Assembly (NCBI GenBank): GCA_038087875.1 | Contig: JAXLNO010000446.1 | Coordinates: forward strand, 930,001-994,000 | Length of the DNA: 64,000 bases | Direction: 5' to 3' | From: Malacoraja senta | Lineage: Eukaryota | Shown: positions 11,791-25,233 of the stretch, in pieces | Position numbering within the stretch: position 1 is the first letter of the stretch | Layout of the letters: the number at the start of each line of letters is the position of its first letter | Notes under the pieces: model-generated | What the model saw: only the letters and a program-made list of their open reading frames with translations | Database searches by the model: none | What the model was told of the DNA's origin: nothing | Position numbers and translations under genes: made by a program

Positions 11791-12000
11791 ACAAGTGGGA
11801 GATGGAGTGTAGTGCAGCAAAGTGTGGAGTCATGCATTTTGGTAGTAGGAATAAAGGCTTAGACTATTTTCTAAATGGGGTGAGAATCCAGATATCGGAG
11901 GTGCAAAGGGACTTGGGAATGCTGATTGAATGGTGGAGTAGACTTGATGGGCTGAATGGCCTAATTCTGCTCCGATCACTTATGACCTTATCAACCCTTA

Positions 12001-12430
12001 AGGGCCTGTCCCACTTAGGCGATTTTTTAGGCGAGTGCAGGAAACTCTGCGCTCGCCACATGGTCGCCAGATGGTCGCTGGTGGTCTCTGATGAGTCTCC
12101 TTCATGGACGTGAGGAGTTTCCACCATCTGGGAACTAGTCGTGGCATCAGTATGGTCGCCATGAATTTTTCAACATGTTGAACATTTTTCTGCGACCAAT
12201 AATTGGTTGCCACGGAGATAATCGATAATCCTGTAGTCATAGGTGCAGTTGTAGTGGGGTCGCCATGCAGTTATGGGTAGTCGAGGTAGTCGTAGGTAGT
12301 TTTAGTTCATCGCCTTTGCTGAGCGGGCATTTTCGTTGGCTCATTGGGGAAAAAAAACGTAAGCAGGAGTTTTCAGAACCAAGGATAACCGACCGGTAAT
12401 GTTAAATGTCCGCCCAACTTCACAGATGCA

Positions 12431-12466
<36 letters not shown>

Positions 12467-12560
12467 TACGTGTGTGTGTGTGTGTGTCTCTGACAGTCGC
12501 CGTTCCAGTTCCTGGTTTTTTCAGGCGACTGTCAGAGTGGAACACACACACAGACTGTCG
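12001..12560. mobile_element. PIF/Harbinger-like MITE, right end missing; contains a (TGCG)n/(TG)n microsatellite
   Basis: TTA followed by AGGGCCTGTCCCACTTAGGCGA, the same TIR as 31163; shared internal TCAACATGTTGAA. Confidence 0.7.
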
Positions 12561-12620
12561 TAGGCTGGGTCTCTATTCCTTGGAGTGCAGGAGGATGAGT
12601 GGTGATCTTATAGAGTAGAT

Positions 12621-12760
12621 GGGTGGGGAGATTGTGACCTTCACGTTGTCCGACCTGTTTCGACGAATGCAATCAACCTGGCGTGCACAATCAAATAAGA
12701 TCAAATAGAACAAGTTGCCCTACAACTTGCGGCTGTGCATGCCATACGCAAGAAGATGAG
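12621..12760 (+). mobile_element. 140-bp non-autonomous Vingi-like retroposon with candidate 5' HDV-like ribozyme
   Basis: 9-bp TSD AGAGTA(G/A)AT (12612-12620 and 12761-12769); 3' end GCCATACGCAAGAAGA resembles the end of the Vingi-like fragment at 46964-47236. Confidence 0.65.
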
Positions 12761-13834
12761 AGAGTAAATGCACAGTATCTCTTGCCCAGAGTAGATGAAT
12801 TGAGGACCAGAGGACACAGGTTTAAGGTGAAGGGTTAACTATTTTATAGGAATCTGAGGGGTAACTTTTTCACACAAAGGGTGGTAGGTGTATGGAACAA
12901 GCTGCAGAAGAGGTAGTTGAGGCTGGGCCGATCCCAACATTTAGACAGGTACATGGATAGGACAGGTTTGGGGGAATGTGGACCAAACGCAGGCAGGTGA
13001 GACTAGTGTAGCTGGGACATGTTGGCCGGTGTGGGCATGTTGGGTCGAAGGGCCTGTTTCCTCACTGTATCACTAAACTAAACTTGAAAAACGAAACTTC
13101 ACCGTGATGTGTTTTTCATCTTTGCTTCTGTTCGCTCCCCAAAAGCCGTAATTCACGTTCGTTATTCATTATCAGAAATTACTTTCAGAAACTTTGAAAT
13201 GTAGATCTTAATCCACAAATATGAAACAATCAGCCTGTGAATATTTTATGTATTTGTTAATAACATGCCTTAGCCACAGGAGTAATAAACTTGAAGTGAG
13301 CGACATGATTTAAATCATTGATTTATGTCATTCTTCCCATTCTGGGTAAAACATCAATCCACAGTCAATGGCTGCTATTTATAATTATAATATTATACCA
13401 TGACTTATACGCTCAGTTTTTGACTTCATTAACTACTGCTAATATTGAGATAGTCACTGAGTCACACAGCACAGAAACAGGCACTTCACCCTAACTCATC
13501 CATGCCGACCAACATGCCCCATCTAAGGTAGGCCCATACCCAGCAATTGGTCCATATCCCTCTAAACCTTTCATCTCCATGTCGTAGAAACATAGAAAAT
13601 AGGTGGAGCAGTTGGCCATTCGGCCCTTTGAGCCAGCACCGCCATTCGATCATCTAAAATCAGTACCCCATTCCAGCTTTTTCCCCATATCCCTAGATTC
13701 CCCTTGCCCCAAGAGCTAAATCCAATGGGTGGTGCCGTCAGCGATGGCAGCCTCGCCAACGGTCTGTCTGTCTTTTTGTCTTTTTTGTTATTTTTAGTGT
13801 GTTTTATAAGTATGTGTCAATCTCTTACCTTGCC

Positions 13835-15232
13835 GGAGATGCGATGAGGATGCAGCGTTACTTGGACAGGTTGGGTGAGTGGGCTGATGCATATGTTGAT
13901 AAATGTGAGCTTATCCACTTTGGTGGCAAGAACAGGAAGGCAGATTATTATCTGAATGGTGTCAAGTTAGGAAAAGGGGAAGTAGGCTGTGAAGAAAGCA
14001 AATGGCATGTTGGCCTGCATAGCAAGAGGAGTATAGGAGCAAAGAGGTCCTTCTGCAGTTGTACAGGGCCCTAGTGAGACCACACCTGGAGTATTGTGTG
14101 CAGTTTTGGTCCACTAATTTGAGGAAGGACATTCTTGCTATTGAGGGAGTGCAGCGTAGGTTCACAAGGTTAATTCCCGGGATGGCGGGACTGTCATGTT
14201 TTGAAAGAATGGAGTGACTGGACTTGTATACACTGGAATTTAGAAGGATGAGAGGGAATCTTATTGAAACATATAAGATTATTAAGGGCTTGGGCGCGCT
14301 AGAGGCAGGAAACATTTCCCGATGTTGAGGGAGTCCAGAACCAGGGGCCATAGTTTAAGAATAAGGAGTAAGCCATTTAGGACTGAGATGAGGAAAAACT
14401 TTTTCACCCAGAAAGTTGTGAATCTGTGGAATTCTCTGCCTCAGAAGGCGGTGGAGGCCGATTCTCTGGATGCTTTCAAGAGAGAGTAAAAGGCCTGTCT
14501 CACGAGTCTGCGGTCATTGGCGGCGAAACGGGAAGAATCTGCCGCCATAGACCGCGCACTCGTGAGAACGCACAATTCCGGGGCCGTGCGGCGGTGTTCC
14601 CAACACCGCACGGTGCTAAAATAAAATCGACAATGTCGAAAACTATATACTCACCGCACAACCTCCACCAGTGATGCACGAGTGCGGCACGGCCGCCCGC
14701 ATGGGCCGCCGCCAGTGTGGCTCGAGCGCCGTGTGTCAAACCTCCACTGCCACAGCCTCCGCCAGTGAGGCACGTGTGCTGCACAGCCGCAGGCACAGCC
14801 ACCGCTACAGCGCCGCGATCAGGATGGCCGCCGCCACAGCCGCCGCTAATGAGTCACGTGCGACGGGGCGACGTCATCGCAGTCGGCCCGCCCTTTTTTT
14901 TACTTACCGCAAGCACGTGGGACCCGCCATGTTTGAATTAACTCGGCCCCCGCGCAGCATCCGTGCGGCGCTCCGGTGGATAGGCTCGGCGCTCTCGCCG
15001 TTGCCGCGCGGTCCCCGCTACCAGCGACGCCGCGCTTCACCGCCGATGACCGCAAACAGGTAAGACAGAGCCTTTAGATAGGGCTCTTAAAGATAGCGGA
15101 GTCAAGGGATATGGGGAGAAGGCAGGAACGGGGTACTGATTGGGGATGATCAGCCATGATCACATTGAATGGCGGTGCTAGCTCGAAGGGCCGAATGGAC
15201 TACTCCTGCACCTATTGTCTATTATCTATTGT
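13835..15232 (+). mobile_element. CR1 3' fragment interrupted by MITE
   Basis: [16 protein letters not shown] coding, 3' UTR and tail; host GAGAG|TTAGATAGGG restored by removing 14490-15073. Confidence 0.85.
14490..15073. mobile_element. CpG-rich PIF/Harbinger-like MITE
   Basis: Imperfect ~40-bp TIRs AAGGCCTGTCTCACGAGTCTGCGGTCATTGGCGGCGAA / TTCACCGCCGATGACCGCAAACAGGTAAGACAGAGCCT; TAA/TTA flanks. Confidence 0.75.
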
Positions 15233-15254
15233 TATAGTACCTGCCTATAGAACA

Positions 15255-15485
15255 GCATCCCCCTTCCCATCAGAACTGCCCCCTCCATCGACTCCTTTAA
15301 GTCAAGACTAAAAACGTATCTATACTCCCAAGCCTTTTTTGACGTCCTCTGAGTGAGGGCTACATGTATATATGTATGTAGTTTGTTTGTTTATACTATT
15401 CTTATAACAAATGTAAAGCATTTTGGCCAACGAGAGTTGTTTTTAAATGTGCTATATAAATAAATGTGACTTGACTTGACTTGAC
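15255..15485 (+). mobile_element. L2-clade LINE 3' end
   Basis: Encodes IRTAPSIDSFKSRLKTYLYSQAF; AATAAA then (GACTT)n tail. Confidence 0.7.
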
Positions 15486-15857
15486 TGCCACAACAATGTC
15501 CTCTGGCAGCTCGTTCCATATAAACCACTTAGTGAAAAGGTTGTTCCTCAGTTTTGTATGAAAGCTTTCCCCTCTCACCTTAAGCTTTATGTAGTTATGT
15601 ATCTTGTTGCTTTTTTTTGCATGACTGTATGGTAAATTAAACTTCACTGTACCTCGGTACACGGGACAATAAAGGACCATTGAACCATTGAAGCCATATG
15701 TCATAGGAACAGAAATAGGCCATTCGGCCCATCGAGTCTACTCCGCCATTCAATCACAGCTGATCTATCTCTCCCTCTCAACCCCATTCTCCTGCCTTCT
15801 ACACATAACCCCTGACACCCGTACTAATCAAGAATCCATCAATCTCCATTTTAAAAA

Positions 15858-16450
15858 TAGACAATAGACAATAGGTGCAGGAGTAGGCCATTTGGCCCTT
15901 CGAGCCAGCATGGCCATTCAATGTGATCATGGCTGATCATCCACAATCAGTACCCCGTTCCTGCCTTCTCCCCATATCCCCTGACTCCGCTATTTTTAAG
16001 AGCCCTATCTAGCTCTCTCTTGAAAGCATCCAGAGAACCTGCCTCCACCGCCCTCTGAGGCAGAGAATTCCACAGACTCACAACTCTCTGTGAGAAAAAG
16101 TGTTTCCTCGTCTCCGTTCTAAATGGCTTACTCCTTATTCTTAAACTGTGGCCCCTGGTTCTGGACTCCCCCAACATCGGGAACATGTTTCCTGCCTCTA
16201 GCATGTCCAAGCCCTTAACAATCTTATATGTTTCAATGAGAAACCCTCTCATCCTTCTAAACTCCAGAGTGTACAAGCCCAGCTGCTCCATTCTCTCAGC
16301 ATATGACAATCCTGCTATCTCAGGAATTAACCTTGTGAACCTACGCTGCACTCCCTCAATAGCAAGAATGCCCTTCGTCAAATTAGGGGATCAAAACTGC
16401 ACACAATACTCCAGGTGTGGTCTCACTAGGGTTCTGTACAACTGCAGAAG
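15858..16450 (-). mobile_element. CR1 3' fragment
   Basis: ORF 15947..16381. Confidence 0.9.
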
Positions 16451-17231
16451 TAAAATACCCATTGACTTGGCCTCCACTGCCGTCTGTGGCAATGAACTCA
16501 GGATCGCCACCTTCCTGCTCATCTCCATCCATACACCTATGTCCCCTGGTTATTGATTCCCCTACTCTGGATAAAAGACTGTACATTCACCCTATCTATT
16601 CCCCTCATGATTTTATCCACCTCTATAAGATCACCCCTCATCCACCTGCGCTCCAAGGAATAGAAGCCCAACCTTTCCCTACAGCTCAGCCCATTGTGCT
16701 CTGGCAATTCCCTCGTAAATCCTTCACTCTTTGCAGCGTATTGATTGTCTTTGGTTTAAACCAGCATCTGCAGTTCCTTCCTACACGAGGATGGATGAAA
16801 GTTGGCATTGAGAAATTATTAAATCTTCCTCCCCCTCACCTTAAACCTATGTCCTCTGGTTCTCGATTCCTCTACCCTGCGTGAAAATCTCTCTGCATCT
16901 ACCCGATCTATTCCTCTCATGATCTTATACACCTCTATAAGATCTCCCCTCATCCTCCTGCGCTCCACGGAAATGTCCCAGCCTACTCAACCTCTCCCTA
17001 TAGCTCAGCCCATTGAGTCCTTACAATTTCCTCGTGAATCCTGCGCCCTTTACAGCATATTGATATCCTTGCTATAGTGGGGTGACCAAAACTAAATACT
17101 ATAACTCCAAATACGGCCTCACCAACATCTTCAACAACTGTAACAGGATGTCCCAACTTCTATACTCAATAGATAGATACAAAGTGGTGGACTATCCTCA
17201 ATATCTCATTCTATACTCACTCATACACTCA

Positions 17232-17850
17232 CAAGTATAGGAGTAGAGAGATTCTTCTGCAGTTGTATAGGGCCACATCTGGAGTATTGCATACAGTTTT
17301 GGTCTCAAAATTTGAGGAAGGCCATCCTTCCTGTGATTGAGGCAGTGCAGCATAGGTTCACAAGATTTATCCCTGGGATGGCAGGACTGTCATATGAGGA
17401 AAGATTGAAAAGACTATGGTTGTATTCACTGGAGTTTAGAAGGATGAGGGGGAATCTTATAGAAACATATAAAATTATAAAAGGACTGGACAAGCTAGAT
17501 GCAGGAAAAATGTTCCCATTGTTGGGCGAGTCCAGAATCAGGGGCCACACTCAGAATAAAGGGGAGGTCATTTAAGACTGAGGTGAGAAAAAACTTTTTC
17601 ACCCAGAGAGTTGTGAATTTGTGGAATTCCCTGCCACAGAGGGCAGTGGAGGCCAAATCACTGGATGGATTTAAGAGATAGTTAGATAGAGCTCTAGGGG
17701 CTAGTGGAGTCAAGGGATATGGGGAGAAGGCAGGCACGGGTTATTGATTGGGGACGATCAGCCATGATCACAATGAATGGCGGTGCTGGCTCGAAGGGCC
17801 GAATGGCCTCCTCCTGCACCTATTTTCTATGTATCTATGTATCTATGTAC
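17232..17850 (+). mobile_element. CR1 3' fragment inside an older minus-strand CR1
   Basis: ORFs 17312..17575 and 17499..17681; (TATGTATC)n tail. Confidence 0.85.
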
Positions 17851-18272
17851 CCTAACAGATGAAGGCCAATGTACCAAAAGCCTTCTTTACCTCCCTATCT
17901 ACCTGTGATGCTACTTACAGGGAACTGTGTACCAGTACTCTGAGACCCCGCTGCTCTACAACACTCCCCACGGTCCTGCCTTTCACCAGGAAGCACTGAC
18001 ATTACAAACTGCAGCACCTCACACTTAGCTACGTTTCCTCGGCCCTCTAGCCCAACTAATCATGACCCTGCTGTCATTTTTGATAACCATCTTCACTGTC
18101 CACGATACCACCCACTTTACAGTCACCTGCAAACTTAATAACCCTGCCTTCTACTTTCTTTGGTAAATCATTAATATACACCACAAACAGTAACGGGCCC
18201 AGCACCGAACCCTGAGGCACACCGCTCCCAGTCACAGGCCTCCAGTCCAAAACACTACTTTCCAATCGTCCT

Positions 18273-19040
18273 AGACACTAAATGCTGGAGTAACTCAGCA
18301 GGTGAGGCAGCATCTCTGGAGAGAAGGAATGGGTGATGTTTTGGGTCGAGAGCCTTCTTCAGACTTTACCACCTTCCAATCTTCCTGTTGAGTCTTATTG
18401 TCTGTAACTTGTTTTCACCTAGCCCACAGCTAACAATTCCTTTACCATCGTTACTTTTATGCATATCTTTCATTCATTTGTTCTATATCTCTCCACATCA
18501 CCGTCTATATCTCTTGTTTCCCTTTCCCCCGACCCTCAGTCTGAAAAAAGGTCTCCACCCAAAACGTCACCCATTCCTCTCCAGAGTTGCTGCCTGACCC
18601 GCTGAGTTACTCCAGCACTCTGTGAAATGTCACCTAACCATGTTCTCCACAGATGCTGCCTGACCCGCTGAGTTACTCCAGCACTCTGTGAAACGTCACC
18701 CATCCATGTTCCGGCAGCATCTATGGAGCGAAGGAAATAGGCAACGTTTCAGCCCGAAACCCTTCCGGGTTTCGGCCCGAAACGTTGCCTATTTCCTTCA
18801 GGGTTTCGGCCCGAAAGGTTGCCCATTTCCTTCGCTCCACAGATGCTGCCTGACCCGCTGAGTTACTCCAGCACTCTGTGAAACGTCACCTATCCATGTT
18901 CTCCACAGATGCTGCCTGACCCGCTGAGTTACTCCAGCACTCTGTGAAACGTCACCCATCCATGTTCTCCACAGATGCTGCCTGACCCGCTGAGTTACTC
19001 TATCCTCGGTTTAAACTAGCATCTGCAGTTCCTCCTATAC
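18273..19040 (+). mobile_element. PLE terminus with inverted 5' arm and 66-bp array plus fold-back (copy B)
   Basis: Inverted arm 18273-18365; decayed core at 18541; array ~18562-19000; insert 18713-18850. Confidence 0.85.
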
Positions 19041-19615
19041 CTTCCACCACCAGTTCTGTCTTCCATGAAGCCAATTTCCGTTGAATGCTGACTATTTTGT
19101 CTGAATGCAACTTTTAGGTTGGAAGAAGTCTGATCTCCTCACACTTGACTTCGCCTAATTTGTTCGACCCCCCTGTTGAAAGACAAAAAGTAAAATCAAA
19201 AAGCCTGTGAACAAAAATCAAACAGCCAGTGAACAGAAATGTAACGTTTCCTTTCAGAGTTGAAAGCCGTTGCATATGATGTCTCGGCAATGTTTAACCC
19301 AAGCAGTTGGATCACACCTACGCCTTGATTGATCCTCATTCAACTCAGGGATGAAAGAACTGTCAGTCTTCAGCCGAGTTTCAAACACACTATAAAGAAG
19401 CCTGGATTGCCCACCTGCTGTGCGGAAGAGGAAGAATAATCATTCTGATGGATTTGCCCTTGAGTGTTCGAGGAACCTTTGTGAACTTTAGTTCATGGGA
19501 TATGGGGGAACAAATCTTCCCCAGATAACACTGACGGCAGCTAATCTTGTGTAGGAAGGAACTGCAGATGTTGGTTTAAACTGAAGATAGACACAAAATG
19601 CTGGAGTAACTCAGC

Positions 19616-21156
19616 ATGACAGAAATATTTCAAATGTCATTAGAAACGGGAATAGTGCCGGAGGATTGGCGTACTGCGCATGTTGTTCCGTTGTTTAAAA
19701 AGGGTTCTAAGAGTAAACCTAGCAATTATAGACCTGTTAGTTTGACGTCAGTTGTGGGCAAATTAATGGAAATGATACTTAGAGATAATATATATATAAG
19801 CATCTGGATAAGCAGGGTCTGATTAGGAACAGTCAACATGGATTTGTGCCTGGAAGGTCATGTTTGACTAATCTTCTAGAATTTTTCAAAGAGGTTACTA
19901 GGGAAATTGATGAGGGTAAAGCAGTGGATGTTGTCTATATGGACTTCAATAAGGCCTTTGACAAGGTTCCTCATGGAAGGTTGGTTAAGAAGATTAAATT
20001 GTTGGGTATTAATGGTGGAGTAGCAAGATGGATTCAACAGTGGCTGAATGGGAGATGCCAGAGAGTAATGGTGGATGGCTGTTTGTCAGGTTGGAGGCCG
20101 GTGACTAGTGGGGTGCCTCAGGGGTCTGTGTTGGGTCCACTGTTATTTGTCATGTACATCAATGATCTGGATGATGGTGTGGAAAATTGGTTTAGTAAGT
20201 ATGCAGATGATACTAAAATAGGTGGTGTGGTGGATAATGAAGTAGATTTTCAAAGTCTACAGAGAGAATTTAGGCCATTTGGAAGAGTGGGCTGAAAGAT
20301 GGCAGATGGAGTTTAATGCTGATAAATGTGAGGTACTACAACTCGGCAGGACAAATCAAAATAGGACGTACATGGTAAATGGTAGAGAATTGAGGAATGC
20401 AGTTGAACAGAGGATTCTAGGAATAACTGTGCATAGTTCCCTGAAGGTGGAATCTCATGTAGATAGGGTGGTAAAGAAAGCTTTTGGTGTGCTGGCCTTT
20501 ATAAATCAGAGCATTGAATATAGAAGTTGGGATGTAATGTTAAAATTGTACAAGGCATTGGTGAGGCCAATTCTGGAGTACGGAGTACAATTTTGGTCGC
20601 CTAATTATAGGAAGGATGTCAACAAAATAGAGAGAGTACAGAGGAAATTTACTAGAATGTTGCCTGGGTTTCAGCAACTAAGTTACAGAGAAAGGTTGAA
20701 CAAGTTAGGTCTTTATTCTTTGGAGCGCAGAAGGTTAAGAGGGGACTTGATAGAGGTCTTTAAAATTATGAGCGGGTTAGACAGAGTTGACGTGGATAAG
20801 CTTTTTCCATTGAGAGTAGGGAAGATTCAAACAAGGGGACATGACTTGAGAATTAAGGGACAGAAGTTTAGGGGTAACATTAGGGGAACCTCTTTACTCA
20901 GAGAGTGGTAGCTGTGTGGAATGAGCTTCCAGTGGAAGTGGTGGAGGCTGGTTCGATTATATCCTTTAAAAATAGATTGGATGGGTATATGGACGGGAAA
21001 GGGATGGAGGGTTATGGTCTGAGTGCAGGTAGATGGGACTAGGGGGAAGTATTTTTTTTTTTTTTTAAATAATAATAATAATGATGTTCGGCACGGACTT
21101 GAAGGGCCGAGATGGCCTGTTTCCGTGCTGTTATGATTATATGGTTATTATATGAT
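19616..21156 (+). mobile_element. 5'-truncated CR1 LINE of a distinct family (frameshifted RT), inserted in a PLE terminal repeat
   Basis: ORFs 19616..19822, 19846..20295 (GVPQGS, YADD), 20279..20911; 9-bp TSD TAACTCAGC at 19607-19615 and 21157-21165. Confidence 0.92.
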
Positions 21157-22344
21157 TAACTCAGCGGGACAGGCAGCATTTCGGAATTAAAGCGTTTGGC
21201 AACCGGGAGATCAGGTCGGCCCAGGCGGACTGAGCGAAGGTGTTCAACGAAACGATCGCCCGGTCTATGTTTGGTCTCACCGATGTATAAGAGTCCACAC
21301 CTTGAACAATGGGTACAGTAGATCCGTTGTGAGTCCTAGCCTGCGCAACCTCTCTCTGTAGCTCGGGCCATCGAGTCCTGGCGACAATGAAGGCAGGTTG
21401 ATGATCCCGTAGTCTTTGTCTTGCTGAAGCAACCAACAGCAGGTTGGTTTGTTGGCGTTGTACTGTACTGAACTGTCCTGTGGTGATCCACACTGCTCTT
21501 TATTAGAATGAGAAATTGTTGCAAGACCCAGGCTCTGTGAAGTTCTCATGCTGCAGTTACATTAGCATTTCAGAGAGCATCATCTTAGCTATGTACTGTG
21601 AACTGAAAAAGCAAATAGAACTCTAGGCTTCTCAGCAATTTCAATATATAAACGCTTAAAAAGTCCATTTAAATCCAGAAAATATATTTCTTAACAATTC
21701 AAACCAAGGATTAAGATGTCATATATCTCCTGGCATCAATTTCTTTTTCAAATCTATGTTCCATGAAAAGATAGTTTCAGAGACAAATTACTTATTTCAG
21801 TCCCATCAACTTAAAAGGTGCCTTGAATTCATATGAAACATTTTTTTTCTTTTGAGGTTTCCTTGGAGTCAGAAGATTTCAAAGGAAATCATAAATAAAC
21901 CAGTTCAAAAAGTGGGGCAGGTAATATGGATTGTATTTGCAGAAGGAAAATTGATGGAATAACACTAGATACAACTGCTTCTGAGATAATGAGAATTAGT
22001 TATTGCAACAATACACTTGCTCAAACTGTTCATCCTAAGAACAAGCAGATCTTCAATCTATTTCCTCGTATACACTAACAATTTTATTACCGTCTATATC
22101 TCTCATTTCCCTATCCCCTGACTCTCAGTCTGAAGAAGTGTCTTGACCCAAAATGTCACCTATTCCTTTTCTCCAGAGATGCTGCCTGACCCGCTGTTAC
22201 TCCAGCTTTTTGTGTCTATTCCTCAAATTCCACGCTTGGAAACACAAATTGTGCATGGTAGAAGACATAGTTGGCAATATCCAACTAAATAAATCTATTT
22301 TGCTAGTTTCTCTTTTGAAAATTTAGTGAAACCTTTGATGATGT

Positions 22345-23485
22345 TCGGCATAATAAATTTTTTTGAAGACGTGAAAAAGGCCGATGAGGGCAGAGCTGTA
22401 GATGTAGATGTTGTAGCTGTAGATGTTGTGTACATGGACTTCAGCAAAGCATTCGACAAGGTTCCTCGTGGTAGGCAGCTCTGGAAGGTTAGATCGCATG
22501 GGATCCAAGGAGAGATAGGTGAATGGATAGAAAATTGGCTCCATGGAAGGAAGCAGAAGGAACCAAATCTGAGGAAGGACATTATTGCCATAGAGGGAGT
22601 GCAGAGAAGGTTCACCAGACTGATTCCTGGGATGTCAGGACTGTCTTATGAAGAAAGACTGGATAGACTTGGTTTATACTCTCTAGAATTTAAGAGATTG
22701 AGAGGGGATCTTATAGAAACTTACAACATTCTTAAGGGGTTGGACAGGCTAGATGCAGGAAGATTGCTCCCGATGTTGGGGAAGTCCAGGACAAGGGGTC
22801 ACGGCTTAATGATAAGGGGGAAATCCTTTAAAACCGAGATGAGAAGAACTTTTTTCACACAGAGAGTGGTGAATCTCTGGAACTCTCTGGCACAGAGGGT
22901 AGTTGAGGCCAGTTCATTGGCTATATTTAAGAGGGAGTTAGATGTGGCCCTTGTGGCTAAAGGGATCAGAGGGTATGGAGAGAAGGCAGGTACAGGATAC
23001 TGAGTTGGATGATCAGCCATGATCATATTGAATGGCGGTGCAGGCTCGAAGGGCCGAATGGCCTACTCCTGCACCTTATTTCTATGTTTCTATGTTTCTA
23101 TGATGGTGGAAGGTTGCTTCTCCAGGCTGGAGGCCTGTGACTAGTGGTGTGCCTCATGGTTTGGTGCTGGGCTGTTTGTCATCTACATCAATAATTTGGG
23201 TTGAGAACATACAGGGCAAGATTAGCAAGTTTGCAGATGATACAAAAGTGAGTGGTTTTGCAGATAGTGAAGATGGTTGTGAAAGATTGCAGCAGGATCT
23301 GGATCGATTGGCCAGGTGGGCGGAGGAATGGTTGATGGAATTTAATACAGAGAAGTGTGAGGTGTTGCATTTTGGGACGTCGAACAAGGGCAGGACCTGC
23401 ACAGTGAATGGTAGGGCTCTGGGTAGTGTTGTAGAGCAGTGGGATCTAGGAGTGGAGGTGCATGGTTCCTTGAAGGTCGAGTCAA
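22345..23485 (+). mobile_element. Older CR1 RT fragment with a younger CR1 3' end inserted at ~22561-23100
   Basis: Chimeric ORF 22326..23003; the older RT resumes with TGATGGTGGAAGG...TSGVP after the (TATGTTTC)n tail. Confidence 0.85.
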
Positions 23486-23765
23486 TAGACAAGAGACAAT
23501 ATGTGCAGGAGTAGGCCATTCGGCCCTTCGAGCCAGCACCGCCATTTAATGTGATCATGGCTGATCATCCCCAATCAGTACCCTTTTCCTGCCTTCTCCC
23601 CATATCCCCAGACTCTGCTATTTTTAAGAGCCCTATCTAGCTCTCTCTTGAAAGCATCCAGAGAACCTGCCTCCACCACCCTCTGAGGAAGAGAATTCCA
23701 CAGACTCACAACTCTCTGTGAGAAAAAGTGTTTTCCTCGTCTCCGTTCTAAATGGCTTACTCCTT

Positions 23766-23965
23766 NNNNNNNNNNNNNNNNNNNNNNNNNNNNNNNNNNN
23801 NNNNNNNNNNNNNNNNNNNNNNNNNNNNNNNNNNNNNNNNNNNNNNNNNNNNNNNNNNNNNNNNNNNNNNNNNNNNNNNNNNNNNNNNNNNNNNNNNNNN
23901 NNNNNNNNNNNNNNNNNNNNNNNNNNNNNNNNNNNNNNNNNNNNNNNNNNNNNNNNNNNNNNNNN
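23766..23965. other. Assembly gap (200 N)
   Basis: Run of n. Confidence 1.
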
Positions 23966-24160
23966 GGGGACTATGTATAAACACTGATGTAATTTCTACA
24001 TGGTGAAACCAAAATGTATAAAAATGGCCTTTATTAAAATCTGACAATGTGCACTTTAACCACATGTGATTTTGTTAAGTTTGACAAATCTCAAATTGTG
24101 GAGTACAGAGGCAAATAAATAAATGATGGGTCTTTGTCCCAAACATTATGGAGGGCACTG
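23966..24160. mobile_element. Tc1/mariner terminal inverted repeat (other end lost in the gap)
   Basis: Ends ...CCCAAACATTATGGAGGGCACTG|TA, i.e. TA-CAGTGCCCTCCATAATGTTTGGG on the minus strand. Confidence 0.75.
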
Positions 24161-25233
24161 TACATGGATAGGACAGGTTTGGAGGTTTATGGACCAAACG
24201 CAGGCAGGTGGGACCAGTGCAGAAGGGACATTGTTGGCTGGTGTGGGCAAGTTGGGCCGAAGGGCCTGTTTCCACACTGTTTCCACTCTATGACTATGAA
24301 AAGTGTTTCATAACTACATCAACTAGAAGTTGCAGTTAGGGACATAGTGATCTCTTCATCCAAGTTTGCCCCTTATTTCTCACGGCCCTTTGAATAAAAT
24401 ACCCTTTGCTCCCAACGCTGACAATTAGTCCAAGCCACGCGATGTAGTTAAATGCTCTTTTGAACCCTAATTGTCCTTCATTTTCACAAATCCTTTTGCT
24501 AAAATATCAAGTCATTGTTGCTGGAAGTGCAACCTGTGCCCGCGCAGTTTGCCAGATAGTTGTCCTTTATCACTGCCTGTGGTTACAGCGTCTGACTCAT
24601 TACTGCAGGTCAAGGTGCCCTGTTGCTGCGGTGAGGCAGTTTAATCTTCCTGGCTGTGTCTGAACCTTTACAGGTAGGAGACTGGCAAATCTCACACTCG
24701 CAGATTGGAAGGTAATTGCCAGTAATTACTCAGCTTTCACTGATCTCAACCTTAACGGCCGCATGAAAGGAGCCTCAGAGAAAGACACACGTCTTTCTTT
24801 CCTTCTATCCAGAGATGCTGTCTGTCCTGCTCAGTTACTCCAACACCTTGTGTCTATCTTTGGTTTAAACCAGCATCTGCAGTTCCTTCCCACACATCTT
24901 ATTTTACCAGGCGCTGCCTAGATTGGAGGATTTCAGCTACAGGGAGAGGTTGGACAGATTTAGAGTCACAGTCATAGTGTCTAACAGTGTGTGAACAGGC
25001 CATTTAGCCCAACGTGCCCACACCAGCCATTATCACCCATCTACACTAGTCCCACCTGCCTGCTCTTGGCCCATATCCCTGTAAACCTGTCATATCCATG
25101 TACCTGGCTAAATATTTCTTAAACATTGCAATAGTCCCTGGCTCAACTGCCTCCTCCAGCAGCTCATTGAGAGGGAAAAACAGATCAGCCATGATTGAAT
25201 GGGGTAGTAGACTGGATGGGCTGAATGGCTTAA

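Noticed and set aside
14500..15063. Ala/Arg-rich ORFs on both strands as a host exon or CpG-island promoter
   Set aside because: Bounded by TIRs and inserted within a CR1; long ORFs are expected at this GC content
19258..19330. Plus-strand exon after the TTTCCTTTCAG acceptor-like site
   Set aside because: Stops in all three frames and no convincing donor
22326..23003. Novel 225-aa RT-like protein
   Set aside because: Chance in-frame fusion of two CR1 fragments
23718..24065. ORFs spanning X residues
   Set aside because: Artefacts of the N gap
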